Below, piece by piece: positions 40,270-49,518 of a stretch of 55,131 nt of DNA; within the stretch, counting starts at the first letter, position 1; each line of letters begins with the position of its first letter. The stretch is from the NCBI GenBank assembly GCA_964578045.1, contig CAZOBX010000005.1:1-55131 (forward strand). The letters run 5' to 3'. The translations under genes and the position numbers were made by a program. The notes under the pieces are model-generated. The model was not told the origin of the DNA and ran no database searches. It worked only from the letters and a program-made list of their open reading frames with translations. The DNA comes from an uncultured Kangiella sp. (GTDB lineage Bacteria; Pseudomonadota; Gammaproteobacteria; Enterobacterales; Kangiellaceae).

Positions 40270-40466
40270 AACCTCAACTCGGGATAAGTGTAACCAGTAT
40301 TTCCTTAACGTATCAGATTAAATCAGGGCTCATCGGCCAGTATTAGTATTTTGCTGACTATCAAAGCCAGTTTGTTAGTGAATAGCGAGCTATTGAACGC
40401 AAACTTAACGCGGAGAATCGCTAAAATACTGATGCTGGATGGTTGCGCTTATCCCGAATTGAGGTT
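40270..40466. repeat. Full-length 197-bp TIR-bounded dispersed element (family 1)
   Basis: AACCTCAACTCGGGATAAG ... CTTATCCCGAATTGAGGTT. It fills almost all of the 223-bp convergent spacer between pepN and the MocR gene and ends 2 nt from the MocR stop codon. Confidence 0.8.
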
Positions 40467-40468
40467 AG

Positions 40469-41938
40469 TTATGCTTGCAAAACATTACTAATGGTCCGCT
40501 CCGCCATATCACAAGCAAACGCTCCAAGTTGCTCAACCGCCTTTTCAACCCGATCGTCCCAAGGCAATCCATAACTAATCCTGGCACAGCGCTTATATTT
40601 TCCAGTCGCAGAAAACAAAATTCCTGGAGTAATACTAGTTCCCGCTTCAACGGACTTTCTAAATAACTCAATTACATCACAACCAACCGGCAATTCTAGC
40701 CAAATAACACCGCCACCTTGAGGATTGGATAAACATGTATTCTCTGGAAAATGTTGTGCCAGAAGGGCTAGCATTCTCTCTTTATTAACTCGAAGCACCT
40801 GTATCAAACGTTTAAGGTGACGATCATAATCACCACTACGGACAAATTCGTAAATCACCATTTGATTGAGTAACGAAGTTGAACAAGACATCGCCCGTTT
40901 TAGTCCTTTAGCCTTTTCTTCAAATCGGTGGGATAAAATCCAACCCACTCTATAACTGGGAGCGGCTGTTTTGGAAAAAGAACTACAAGTAATAACCAGC
41001 CCTTTAGTCGAGTAGGCTTGCATTGGTAATTCAAGATCTTGCTTGAAATGCAATTCACCGTATACAGCATCTTCTATTAGAGGGATATTTCTGGACTCAA
41101 CAATATCGACGATACGACGACGCTTTTCTGTTGACATCAAAGACCCTGTCGGATTATTGATAAGCGAAGAAAAAATGCAGGCTTTTACCTCGCAACTATC
41201 TAGAGATTGCTGTAAATCGTCAAGACATATCCCGGCTTCTGAGCACGTCGGAATTTCTAACGCCATCATACCCAAATTTTCGATGAGTTCTAAAATGCCA
41301 AAATAAGTGGGAGATTCGACTGCAATAATATCGCCGGTTTTTGCCACGCATTGCAATGAAATTGCCAGCGCTTCCTGGGCACCGTTAGTGATAATGATAT
41401 CCTCCGATCTTGCATCGACCCCTTGCTGTAAATATCTTTGAGCTAATTGCTGCTTTAACGGCAGGTAGCCATCCATTGGGCCATACAACATTGCTTTTGG
41501 CCCTTGTTGAGCCAGTACTCTTCTCATGATACGAGCCAGAGTTTTATATGGCGGGCTAGCCATCACCGGATGAGAGGTACCCAGTTGCAAACTATTGGGA
41601 GAATGGACAGCCTGATAACATTGTTCCACCAGCGACTGACATCGCACCTCCACTGGACGTCTTACGAAACTGGCTCTCTTAGGACTATTAAATAAACTAT
41701 CGACCGCTTTTAAAAAATAACCTGACTTGGGTCTGGCTTCAACTTTTCCCAGTCTTTCCAATTCGACATAGGCCTGTTTGACAGTCGGGATACTAATGCT
41801 TAACTGGCGACTGAGTTTTCGTAGGGACGGTAACCTGTCGCCACTGCGTAGTGAGCCCGCAGACTGCATGGTTTGAATTAGATCAACCACTTGCTGATAT
41901 AGAAAACTCTGACTATTTTTGTTGATCATACTGGACAT
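40469..41938 (-). CDS. MocR/GntR-family PLP-dependent transcriptional regulator
   Basis: 489 aa. N-terminal GntR wHTH (LPSLRKLSRQLSISIPTVKQAYVELE) plus an aminotransferase class I/II domain (SFSKTAAPSYRVGW). Confidence 0.9.
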   Translation of the reverse strand: MSSMINKNSQSFLYQQVVDLIQTMQSAGSLRSGDRLPSLRKLSRQLSISIPTVKQAYVELERLGKVEARPKSGYFLKAVDSLFNSPKRASFVRRPVEVRCQSLVEQCYQAVHSPNSLQLGTSHPVMASPPYKTLARIMRRVLAQQGPKAMLYGPMDGYLPLKQQLAQRYLQQGVDARSEDIIITNGAQEALAISLQCVAKTGDIIAVESPTYFGILELIENLGMMALEIPTCSEAGICLDDLQQSLDSCEVKACIFSSLINNPTGSLMSTEKRRRIVDIVESRNIPLIEDAVYGELHFKQDLELPMQAYSTKGLVITCSSFSKTAAPSYRVGWILSHRFEEKAKGLKRAMSCSTSLLNQMVIYEFVRSGDYDRHLKRLIQVLRVNKERMLALLAQHFPENTCLSNPQGGGVIWLELPVGCDVIELFRKSVEAGTSITPGILFSATGKYKRCARISYGLPWDDRVEKAVEQLGAFACDMAERTISNVLQA

Positions 41939-41963
41939 AATGGCCTCGTGGTTCTAAGCCCTA

Positions 41964-42008
41964 AGCTCTTATAGCTCTTATAGCTCTTACAGCTCTTACA
42001 GCTCTTAT
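41964..42008. repeat. Tandem repeat, 9 bp x 5 (AGCTCTTAT/C)
   Basis: AGCTCTTAT AGCTCTTAT AGCTCTTAC AGCTCTTAC AGCTCTTAT, read directly. Located in the divergent MocR/EamA intergenic region. Confidence 0.95.
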
Positions 42009-42112
42009 CTGTACAGGTCGCTTTTTCGTTTTTCTGTGGATGTTTAGTATACGGAATTGGCGTATATTTGGAAACCTGAATTTTGAAATTAGATTTATTT
42101 TGGTAATTGTCT

Positions 42113-43075
42113 ATGAAAAATACATTTTTATATATCGTCACAGTCCTCATCTGGGGTACAACCTGGTTTGCCATTGAATTTCAATTAGGTCAGGTAGCGG
42201 TTGAAATATCTCTTATCTATCGCTTCGCTTTGGCAGCGATATTGATCCTTGTGGTAAGCAAACTACGAGGATTGAATTTAAAATTTACTGTGTCACAACA
42301 CTTTTACATTGCGCTTTTGGGCCTGTTTAATTTCTGTCTGAATTACTTTGTTTTATACCAAGCGCAAAACTATTTATCCTCAGCGATGACTTCGATCGGT
42401 TTTTCCATGTTGCTTTTGGTTAACATTATTAACACTCGACTATTTTTCGGTAAAAAAATCGCTGTAAAAACCTATTTTGGCGCGGCTTTTGGAATCACAG
42501 GTTTAGTAGTATTGTTCTGGCCGGAACTTGCCAATTATCAAACGGATAACAGTTCACTTTATGGTTTAGGCTTGATACTGGTAGGCGTTATATTTGCGTC
42601 GTTAGGTAATATGATCAGTGTCCGAAACTCTATGCATAACTATCCAGTATTCGAGACCAGCGGTGTTGCTATGTTATACGGAACTGCTTTTTTAACCATC
42701 ATCGCGTGGTACAACAATACCGCTTTTACGATTAGTCTTGAATTGAACTATTTATTGTCTCTTGGCTATCTGGCCATTTTTGGCACCGTGATCGCTTTTT
42801 ACAGCTACTTCTATCTACTCAAAAATATTGGACCAGAAAAAGCCAGTTATTCGATTGTTATGTTTCCAGTTGTCGCGGTGGTCGTCAGTAGTATTTATGA
42901 AAGTTTTGAATGGACAGAGTTTACGACTTTTGGTTTCGCCTTGGTTGCTACAGGTAACTTATTGATGTTGATACCTACCAATAAAATACTTCAATTATTA
43001 CCGGTTCTCAATAGAAATAGCAGCGGACAGGGGCTGCCGATCAATAACAAAGATTGTTCCGCGAGATCCTCATAA
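42113..43075 (+). CDS. EamA/DMT family transporter
   Basis: About 320 aa, 10 TM helices, two EamA halves. The ATG is at 42113; the track uses a TTG at 42107. Confidence 0.85.
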   Translation: MKNTFLYIVTVLIWGTTWFAIEFQLGQVAVEISLIYRFALAAILILVVSKLRGLNLKFTVSQHFYIALLGLFNFCLNYFVLYQAQNYLSSAMTSIGFSMLLLVNIINTRLFFGKKIAVKTYFGAAFGITGLVVLFWPELANYQTDNSSLYGLGLILVGVIFASLGNMISVRNSMHNYPVFETSGVAMLYGTAFLTIIAWYNNTAFTISLELNYLLSLGYLAIFGTVIAFYSYFYLLKNIGPEKASYSIVMFPVVAVVVSSIYESFEWTEFTTFGFALVATGNLLMLIPTNKILQLLPVLNRNSSGQGLPINNKDCSARSS

Positions 43076-43157
43076 TTATTAACAAGGTTAGTTAGTCTGC
43101 ACACCACGCTTCGTGGTTTAACTTAGCATTGTCATTCTAAGTTTCTGTGCATTTTGG

Positions 43158-43200
43158 CCCGTTCTTTGTTTAAGCTTTTAGACATGAACGGGTTTTTTTT
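43158..43200 (+). terminator. Putative intrinsic terminator after the EamA gene
   Basis: CCCGTTC ... GAACGGG (7-bp stem, 21-nt loop) followed by T8. Confidence 0.5.
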
Positions 43201-43204
43201 GTTA

Positions 43205-45211
43205 TTATTCGACTTTGTTGACTGGCAAAAATACATAGAAAGTTGTGCCTTTTCCTTCAGTCGATTTAATTTCGATCCGCCCGCCATGTAATTCAACCAG
43301 ATGTTTGCAAATAGATAAGCCTAAGCCCGCACCCTCTCTCACCCGAGTGGTATCAACAATTTGTTTAAATGGTTCAAAGACGTTTTGTAAATCTTCTTCA
43401 CTAATACCAATGCCGGAATCTGAAACGATGATTGTGGTTTCCTGTTCATTGGTCTTAAGTCTGACTTCGATTTTTCCTTTGTCAGTATATTTAATCGCAT
43501 TATCGATAAGAATAGAAATAATTTGCCTAAACCGCCTGGCATCAACATATACTAGTGCGGCCTGATCTTCTTTAAAGAATAATTCCAGATCCTTGTTTTG
43601 CGCAGCCTGAGTAAACGACATCAAGATTTTTTTAATATGAGACTCGACGCTAATCTGTTCAGGATATAATTGAACAACATCTCTACGTGTCTGAGCAAAG
43701 TCCAATAACTCAACAACTAAATCCCGGAGGTGCTCAGCTCTAGAGGCAATGAGTTCCAAATATTCCCTTTTCTCATCTTCGCTAAAGTCGGTTTGTTTAT
43801 CCAACAGTATTTGTGATAACCCTATAATCCCATTGAGGGGTGTATTTAATTCGTGTGAGGTTTTGGCTAAGAATTCGTCTTTTAATTGGTCAACTTCCTT
43901 TAAGGCAAAATTGGCTGATGCTAATTCCGCATTTTGAACTTGCATCAAGCGTTGAGTTTGCTCAGCTTGCATTCGGATCAATTTTTCCCGTTGAAGTTTG
44001 GACTCTAAAATGGTTTGTTTCATTGACTGCATTCTATCGATCATGCCCAGCGCCAAAAAGATCCCTTGTACACCTGAAGCCAATTGAGTGATATTTGGTG
44101 CTGAGAGCAGTAACGTTTGCGATCCTATTAGTTCAATCTGCAATAAGGTCCATAAAATAAAACTTAGTAAAACTAAGCCATTACCGGCAACAAAATACCA
44201 GGCATAACGGATCCCCTTAAAGGACATTTTTAGACTTGCTTGGAGAATAAGAATAGCGGATACCATCAAGATCAAAGGTGAGATCGAAAGCAACCATTTA
44301 GTTTGTTGGAAAACGGCTAGTCCGGTGAATAGACTCGCATACAATAGCACAGTAATCACTTTCTCCAATCTAGGCATGTGGGTGCTGAGATTTAAATAGC
44401 AAACCCCAAACCTCAGATAGACAGCTGCAGCTATGTTGCCTAATATACTAGGTGAATATTCGTTCCAAACAGGTAGTGTTGGCCAAAATTGGGTTAATCC
44501 GTAGCCGTACATCGCATGAAAAAAAAGTGCCGAGGCGATAGCTGACGCAACTAACCAGAGATACGCTTTTTCTCTTATCCAAAACCAGAGTACCAAGTGA
44601 AAACCTGCCAGTCCAAATGCAAACCCTAAAAAGCCACCCTGAAAATGTAACTCCTTTTTGGTAATTTGGTTTAGCTGGGATTCGGTCAATATTTGAATAT
44701 ACTGAGCATTGGGAGGACGACCGTAACGAAATCCTCGCACCTTTATGAAAACCTCTCTCGATTGATCGGTTAAATCGAGGTCGACTAATGGCAAATTATG
44801 TTTTATTTTTCTTTCTGCTAGCGGCACAAATACACTTAAATTATGTACCTGCCAGTGAAGTTGCTCATCAGCCATATATATTTGAGCGTAATGCCAAAGA
44901 CCGGGGGTGATTAACCATCGTTGTTCAGAATGCTTACTACCAAGGGTTAATTTAAACCAATAGGTTTTATTGGGAGACAACTCTATTAAACGGTCATAAT
45001 CCTGCCAGACAGACGGGTCCAGATTTTCGATATCGCCAACGAGGCTTTGACTATTCATTGATTCATACACCCGAACTTCAGCGGTGGGAAAATAGATTTT
45101 CTCGATATCCGCCAGTTCCAATATTCGCTCGGTGGCACTCGTCTGTAGAGATATACAGCCAAGCATCACGATGGATATCAGTTGGTAAATAATTCGAAGG
45201 GATTTATACAT
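43205..45211 (-). CDS. Sensor histidine kinase with 7TMR-DISM extracellular and 7TM domains
   Basis: 668 aa with a signal peptide, a periplasmic domain and about 7 TM helices. It has a coiled coil, an H-box (SHELNTPLNGIIG) and HATPase N/G boxes (DSGIGI, GAGLGLSI). No receiver domain and no adjacent response regulator. Confidence 0.85.
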   Translation of the reverse strand: MYKSLRIIYQLISIVMLGCISLQTSATERILELADIEKIYFPTAEVRVYESMNSQSLVGDIENLDPSVWQDYDRLIELSPNKTYWFKLTLGSKHSEQRWLITPGLWHYAQIYMADEQLHWQVHNLSVFVPLAERKIKHNLPLVDLDLTDQSREVFIKVRGFRYGRPPNAQYIQILTESQLNQITKKELHFQGGFLGFAFGLAGFHLVLWFWIREKAYLWLVASAIASALFFHAMYGYGLTQFWPTLPVWNEYSPSILGNIAAAVYLRFGVCYLNLSTHMPRLEKVITVLLYASLFTGLAVFQQTKWLLSISPLILMVSAILILQASLKMSFKGIRYAWYFVAGNGLVLLSFILWTLLQIELIGSQTLLLSAPNITQLASGVQGIFLALGMIDRMQSMKQTILESKLQREKLIRMQAEQTQRLMQVQNAELASANFALKEVDQLKDEFLAKTSHELNTPLNGIIGLSQILLDKQTDFSEDEKREYLELIASRAEHLRDLVVELLDFAQTRRDVVQLYPEQISVESHIKKILMSFTQAAQNKDLELFFKEDQAALVYVDARRFRQIISILIDNAIKYTDKGKIEVRLKTNEQETTIIVSDSGIGISEEDLQNVFEPFKQIVDTTRVREGAGLGLSICKHLVELHGGRIEIKSTEGKGTTFYVFLPVNKVE

Positions 45212-45366
45212 CGCTCATCTATGAATTCTTATTTTAAGTTACTCCTTAACGTCACTATTCTATCAGATAATTGAAAAATGACGTAAAGCAGGGTATTGAG
45301 AGTTTGTTGTAGCATATTTCCAGCCAGCTATGACAGATTATGTTTAAAAGCTGTAGCTGTTAAAAA

Positions 45367-45393
45367 TAAAAAAAGCGCCTTTCGGCGCTTTTA
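45367..45393 (-). terminator. Rho-independent terminator of fabB
   Basis: On the minus strand: AGCGCC-gaaa-GGCGCT followed by T7. Lies about 35 nt after the fabB stop. Confidence 0.8.
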
Positions 45394-45426
45394 TTCAAAC
45401 TAACTATTAAGATTCAGTGATTGCTT

Positions 45427-46641
45427 CTATAACTCATATCTCTGGAAAACTAAGCTGGCGTTGGTTCCGCCAAATCCAAAACTATTCGACAAAATTCGAT
45501 TAAGTTTGGCAGGTTCCGTTTTTTTAACAATTGGCAAGTTAGCTGCAAGTGGATCGATATGTTCAATATTGATCGAACCAGCAATAAAATCATTTTGCAT
45601 CATCAACAAACTATAAATTGCCTCATGTGCACTAGTTGCGCCCAACGAATGACCGGCCAAAGATTTGGTAGAGCCAATCTTAGGTATTTTATCGGTAAAC
45701 AATTCATTGATTGCACTCAGCTCCGCGGTGTCCCCCACAGGCGTACTAGTACCGTGAGTATTAATGTAATCAATTTCACCTTCAACTGTCGACATGGCCA
45801 GTTGCATACATCTGACTGCACCTTCACCGGATGGCGCGACCATATCGTAGCCATCGGAAGTGGCTCCAAATCCAACAATTTCCGCATATATTTTGGCTCC
45901 ACGCGCTTTAGCATGCTCCAACTCTTCCAGAACAAGCGTTCCACCACCAGAAGAAATAACAAAGCCATCCCGGGTTTCGTCATAAGGTCGCGAAGCTAAT
46001 TCCGGAGTATCGTTATATTTTGAAGACAAAGCACCCATTGCATCAAATAAGAGTGTTAAACGCCAATCTTCTTCTTCACCGCCGCCGGCAAAAATAATAT
46101 CTTGTTTACCCATTTGGATCTGCTCGTAGGCATTGCCAATGCAATGTGCGCTGGTGGCGCATGCTGAAACGATTGAATAATTTAATCCTTTGATTTTGAA
46201 CGGTGTTGCTAAACAGGCGGATGTGGTACTGGTCATTGTTTTAGGCACCGCATAAGGACCAACCCGTTTTACGCCTTTGGCAATGCAGGTATTAACCGCT
46301 TCGGTTTGTGCTTTTTGCGACCCGCCACCTGAACCGAACATCAATCCAGTACGAACATTGGATACCAGATCATCCGTTAACCCGGCGTCTTTGATTGCTT
46401 GGGCCATAGAGATATAAGCATAAGCTGCGGCATCTCCCATAAATCTACGAACCTTGCGATCAATGTGTTCAGTCACATCAATATCGGGACGACCACAAAC
46501 GTGACTACGAAGGCCCATTTCTTTGTATTTTTCGTTAAAAGTAATACCTGACTTACCTTCTCTTAATGACTGAGTAACTGTTTCCGCATCGTTACCAAGG
46601 CAGGAAACAATTCCCATCCCTGTAATCACTACTCGTTTCAT
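45427..46641 (-). CDS. fabB: 3-oxoacyl-ACP synthase I
   Basis: 404 aa with active-site context [11 protein letters not shown] plus the HGTSTP and GHSLGA motifs. Confidence 0.95.
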   Translation of the reverse strand: MKRVVITGMGIVSCLGNDAETVTQSLREGKSGITFNEKYKEMGLRSHVCGRPDIDVTEHIDRKVRRFMGDAAAYAYISMAQAIKDAGLTDDLVSNVRTGLMFGSGGGSQKAQTEAVNTCIAKGVKRVGPYAVPKTMTSTTSACLATPFKIKGLNYSIVSACATSAHCIGNAYEQIQMGKQDIIFAGGGEEEDWRLTLLFDAMGALSSKYNDTPELASRPYDETRDGFVISSGGGTLVLEELEHAKARGAKIYAEIVGFGATSDGYDMVAPSGEGAVRCMQLAMSTVEGEIDYINTHGTSTPVGDTAELSAINELFTDKIPKIGSTKSLAGHSLGATSAHEAIYSLLMMQNDFIAGSINIEHIDPLAANLPIVKKTEPAKLNRILSNSFGFGGTNASLVFQRYEL

Positions 46642-46739
46642 CTGAATTCCTCTTTTACTAAATAAATATTTTCTAAAATTAATGTAACTATTCTTTAAAA
46701 TCTACATAAATTACTTTTATATTCATGGTTATTAATACT

Positions 46740-46925
46740 GTCAAGCTTCTGACCTTTACCGCAATTGCCCCTCGAAAACTGCTCCTGCGTTGTTCGACTC
46801 GTCCATCCCCTGACATATGCATTGCTCATGTAGGAATCTCTACCAAAAGTAGGTCCCTTGAGGGAACCCTCCCCTTCCAAGTGGAGTGAACTTAGTCCCC
46901 TCTCCTTTGGCAGAGGGCTGTTTTT
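46740..46925 (+). ncRNA. Candidate structured small RNA (unassigned family) with an intrinsic terminator
   Basis: An ORF-free stretch visibly more GC-rich than its flanks. It has several local hairpins (GTAGgaatctCTAC; GG-TCCC-ttga-GGGA-CC). A plus-strand-only terminator, CCCTCT-cctttggc-AGAGGG followed after ctg by TTTTT, lies at 46898-46925. The 5' end is a guess. Confidence 0.25.
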
Positions 46926-46975
46926 ATTAATAGCGAATATTTACAATTTGAGCTGAATTTATGTAATGGGCTCAA

Positions 46976-47506
46976 CTAAAAATTTTCGGTAGATTCAAAT
47001 AAGCCGACTTTCAGATTTTTGGCCGTATAAATTTCTTTGTCATCAACTAAAACAGAACCATCAGCAATAATCATCGCCAGACCACGTTTGATGATTCGAC
47101 GAACATCTATCTTATAGGTTACTTTTTTCGCCGTCGGTAAAACTTGGCCAAAGAATTTAATTTCTCCCGCGCCTAATGCACGACCTTTCCCGGGACTGCC
47201 GTTCCACGACAAATAAAATCCACAAAGCTGCCACATGGCGTCAACACCTAAACAACCGGGCATTACTGGATCTGTTTTGAAATGACAATCAAAAAACCAT
47301 AAACCTGGGGTGATATCAAGTTCAGCAATGATCTCGCCTTTGCCATAACTACCGCCTTCATCTGAGATTTTGACGATACGATCCATCATTAACATATTAG
47401 GTAATGGCAATCGTGCTAAGGAACGGCCGTCTGACGCAGATCCAACGAGCTCTCCGTTTCCACATGTGATCAAATCTTCTCGAGTAAAACTTTCTGTGCG
47501 ACTCAT
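46976..47506 (-). CDS. fabA: 3-hydroxydecanoyl-ACP dehydratase/isomerase
   Basis: [22 protein letters not shown] aligns with E. coli FabA [23 protein letters not shown]. The likely ATG is at 47506; the track uses a TTG at 47515. Confidence 0.95.
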   Translation of the reverse strand: MSRTESFTREDLITCGNGELVGSASDGRSLARLPLPNMLMMDRIVKISDEGGSYGKGEIIAELDITPGLWFFDCHFKTDPVMPGCLGVDAMWQLCGFYLSWNGSPGKGRALGAGEIKFFGQVLPTAKKVTYKIDVRRIIKRGLAMIIADGSVLVDDKEIYTAKNLKVGLFESTENF

Positions 47507-47896
47507 GTTTTGCAACCTTTATTGATAGTCCTGTGGACTAATCAGCCTATTTTCAGCAGCCAATTGGTTAGCCAAATAAAGCTAATTAATCAACAATAAC
47601 TGTAGACGATTTATCCGAATTAAAGCGGTAGAACAGTAAATTGGGCGCCATTATCCCTTGTTTAGCAAGCAAAACTGGTATGACCTTAGTGTTTTTTTAC
47701 TATCTCATTGTTTTTATTGAACTATTTCAGCATACATATGTTCGCTAAAATGTAATTATTGAGTTTTAGGGTGGCGTAAAATCGATAGAGCTGCGCTGAA
47801 GGATGGGAGCTTCTGACAGCAGGCGCCCATCTGTTGCCCTTCAATTAGAAAGGTCAATATTCGACGATGGGTTGGCACTCTTCCGACAAAAGCAAA

Positions 47897-49288
47897 TTAG
47901 CAACGGCGCCAGGTAGTTTTGCCCTCTTTATCTTCCAGGACAATCCCCATCTGATTAAATTGATCTCTGATTTCATCAGCTCTTGCCCAATTTTTATCTT
48001 CTCTGGCTTGTTTCCTTTCGATGATCAATTGTTCAATCAGTTCAGCATCTTGGATTTCATCGCCAACCGATGCGGTTAAAAACTCATTGGGCAACTGCTG
48101 AACAATACCTAGAACACTTCCAAGTTTTATCAATATAGAGGCGAGCGAAACGACGTTTTCAGGTGCATCAATTTTATTCCGGTTGATTTCCTTGGTGATT
48201 TCAAACAATACCGCAACCGCTTCAGGCGTATTAAAATCATCATCCATCGCGAGCTTAAATTTAACAACATAAGGGTTCGATTCATCAACCTCAGGTAGAT
48301 CAGTTAAGTCAACATCCCTTAAGGCCAGATACAAACGCTCTAACGCTGCATCTGCCGAATCCAGATTATCTTCACCGTAACTAAGCTGGCTACGATAATG
48401 GCTGGAAAGCATGAAATATCGAATGGTTTCTGCACGGTATTTCTTTAGCACTTCTCTGATGGTAAAAAAATTGTCCAATGATTTAGACATCTTGACTTTA
48501 TCCACTTGCACCATGCCTGTATGGATCCAGGTATTAGCAAACACACAACCGTTAGCCGCTTCAGATTGAGCTATTTCATTTTCATGGTGCGGAAACTGTA
48601 AATCCGAACCTCCGCCATGAATGTCGAAATGTTCACCGAGGCATTTTTTGGTCATTGCAGAACATTCTATATGCCAGCCGGGCCGCCCTTCACCCCAGGG
48701 AGAATTCCACTTTGGGTCACCAGGTTTTGACATTTTCCATAGCACAAAATCCATACTGTTTTTCTTGTCTGTTGCCACTTCGACCCTTTCGCCCGCTTGA
48801 AGTGCATCCAAGTTTTGTTTACTTAGTTTGCCGTAATCGTCAAACTTCCGCACCTCATAATAAACATCACCGCTAGTCCCCTGGTAGGCAAAGCCCTTTT
48901 CAATCAAAGTCTCAATCGTCTCGATGATTTCAGCAATTGAATCGGTCGCTTTCGGTTCGATATCCGGCTCAGCCATTCCGAGCGCTGCAAAATCCTGGTG
49001 CATGATTTGAATATATCGTTTGGTTAATTGCTCAAAGTCTTCGCCATTTTCAATAGCCCTGGCGATAATTTTGTCGTCAATATCGGTAATATTACGGACA
49101 TAAGTGAGGTCATAACCAGAATAGCGCAGGTATCGAGTGATGATATCAAAGGATACAAATGTTCTCGCATGGCCGATGTGGCTGTAATCGTAAACCGTAA
49201 TGCCACACACATACATACGAATTTTCCCTGCTTCAATAGGTTTAAATTCTTGCTTGCTTTGGGTCAATGTATTGTGGATTTTTAGCAT
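47897..49288 (-). CDS. cysS: Cysteinyl-tRNA synthetase
   Basis: 463 aa with HIGH (HIGHARTF) and KMSKS motifs. Confidence 0.97.
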   Translation of the reverse strand: MLKIHNTLTQSKQEFKPIEAGKIRMYVCGITVYDYSHIGHARTFVSFDIITRYLRYSGYDLTYVRNITDIDDKIIARAIENGEDFEQLTKRYIQIMHQDFAALGMAEPDIEPKATDSIAEIIETIETLIEKGFAYQGTSGDVYYEVRKFDDYGKLSKQNLDALQAGERVEVATDKKNSMDFVLWKMSKPGDPKWNSPWGEGRPGWHIECSAMTKKCLGEHFDIHGGGSDLQFPHHENEIAQSEAANGCVFANTWIHTGMVQVDKVKMSKSLDNFFTIREVLKKYRAETIRYFMLSSHYRSQLSYGEDNLDSADAALERLYLALRDVDLTDLPEVDESNPYVVKFKLAMDDDFNTPEAVAVLFEITKEINRNKIDAPENVVSLASILIKLGSVLGIVQQLPNEFLTASVGDEIQDAELIEQLIIERKQAREDKNWARADEIRDQFNQMGIVLEDKEGKTTWRRC

Positions 49289-49518
49289 TACTGGTTAAGT
49301 CTCTTCTATCAAAATAATTCAGATTTAGGGGTGTCCCCCCAAGTAGCGCCATTATAAAAGGCTTGAATCAAGATCGCACCAACATTATGGATCTAAAAGA
49401 AATTATGCATCAATCCATTAAAACTGTTCAAATTATGCGGCAGCAACTAAGTCTTAAATCTTGGGTATCAATCAAAATTAAGGTAAAATCGCATTTTTCC
49501 AGTCAACGAGTCAATATT

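Noticed and set aside
41926-42174. 82-aa minus-strand ORF containing CKSCKSYKSYKS
   Set aside because: The periodic peptide is just the translation of the 9-bp tandem repeat. The ORF overlaps the divergent promoter and the EamA start, and has no coding character.
43104-43120. CCACG-ctt-CGTGG hairpin after the EamA gene
   Set aside because: It has only a 5-bp stem with a short TTT run. The downstream CCCGTTC/GAACGGG+T8 structure is the more credible terminator.
46695-46880. 61-aa minus-strand ORF in the fabA-fabB spacer
   Set aside because: It has no Shine-Dalgarno sequence, its composition is odd (MEGEGSLKGPTFGRDSY...), and it coincides with the structured GC-rich island. The region is better explained as RNA or non-coding.
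47549-47566. CCAATTGG palindrome upstream of fabA as a possible FabR/DesT-type operator
   Set aside because: It is an 8-bp palindrome only and does not match the FadR/FabR/DesT sites I can recall.
47795-47815. 10-mer AGCTTCTGAC shared between the cysS-fabA spacer and the fabA-fabB island, suggesting a third repeat family
   Set aside because: Flanking similarity is patchy, and exact 10-mer matches are expected many times by chance in 55 kb.
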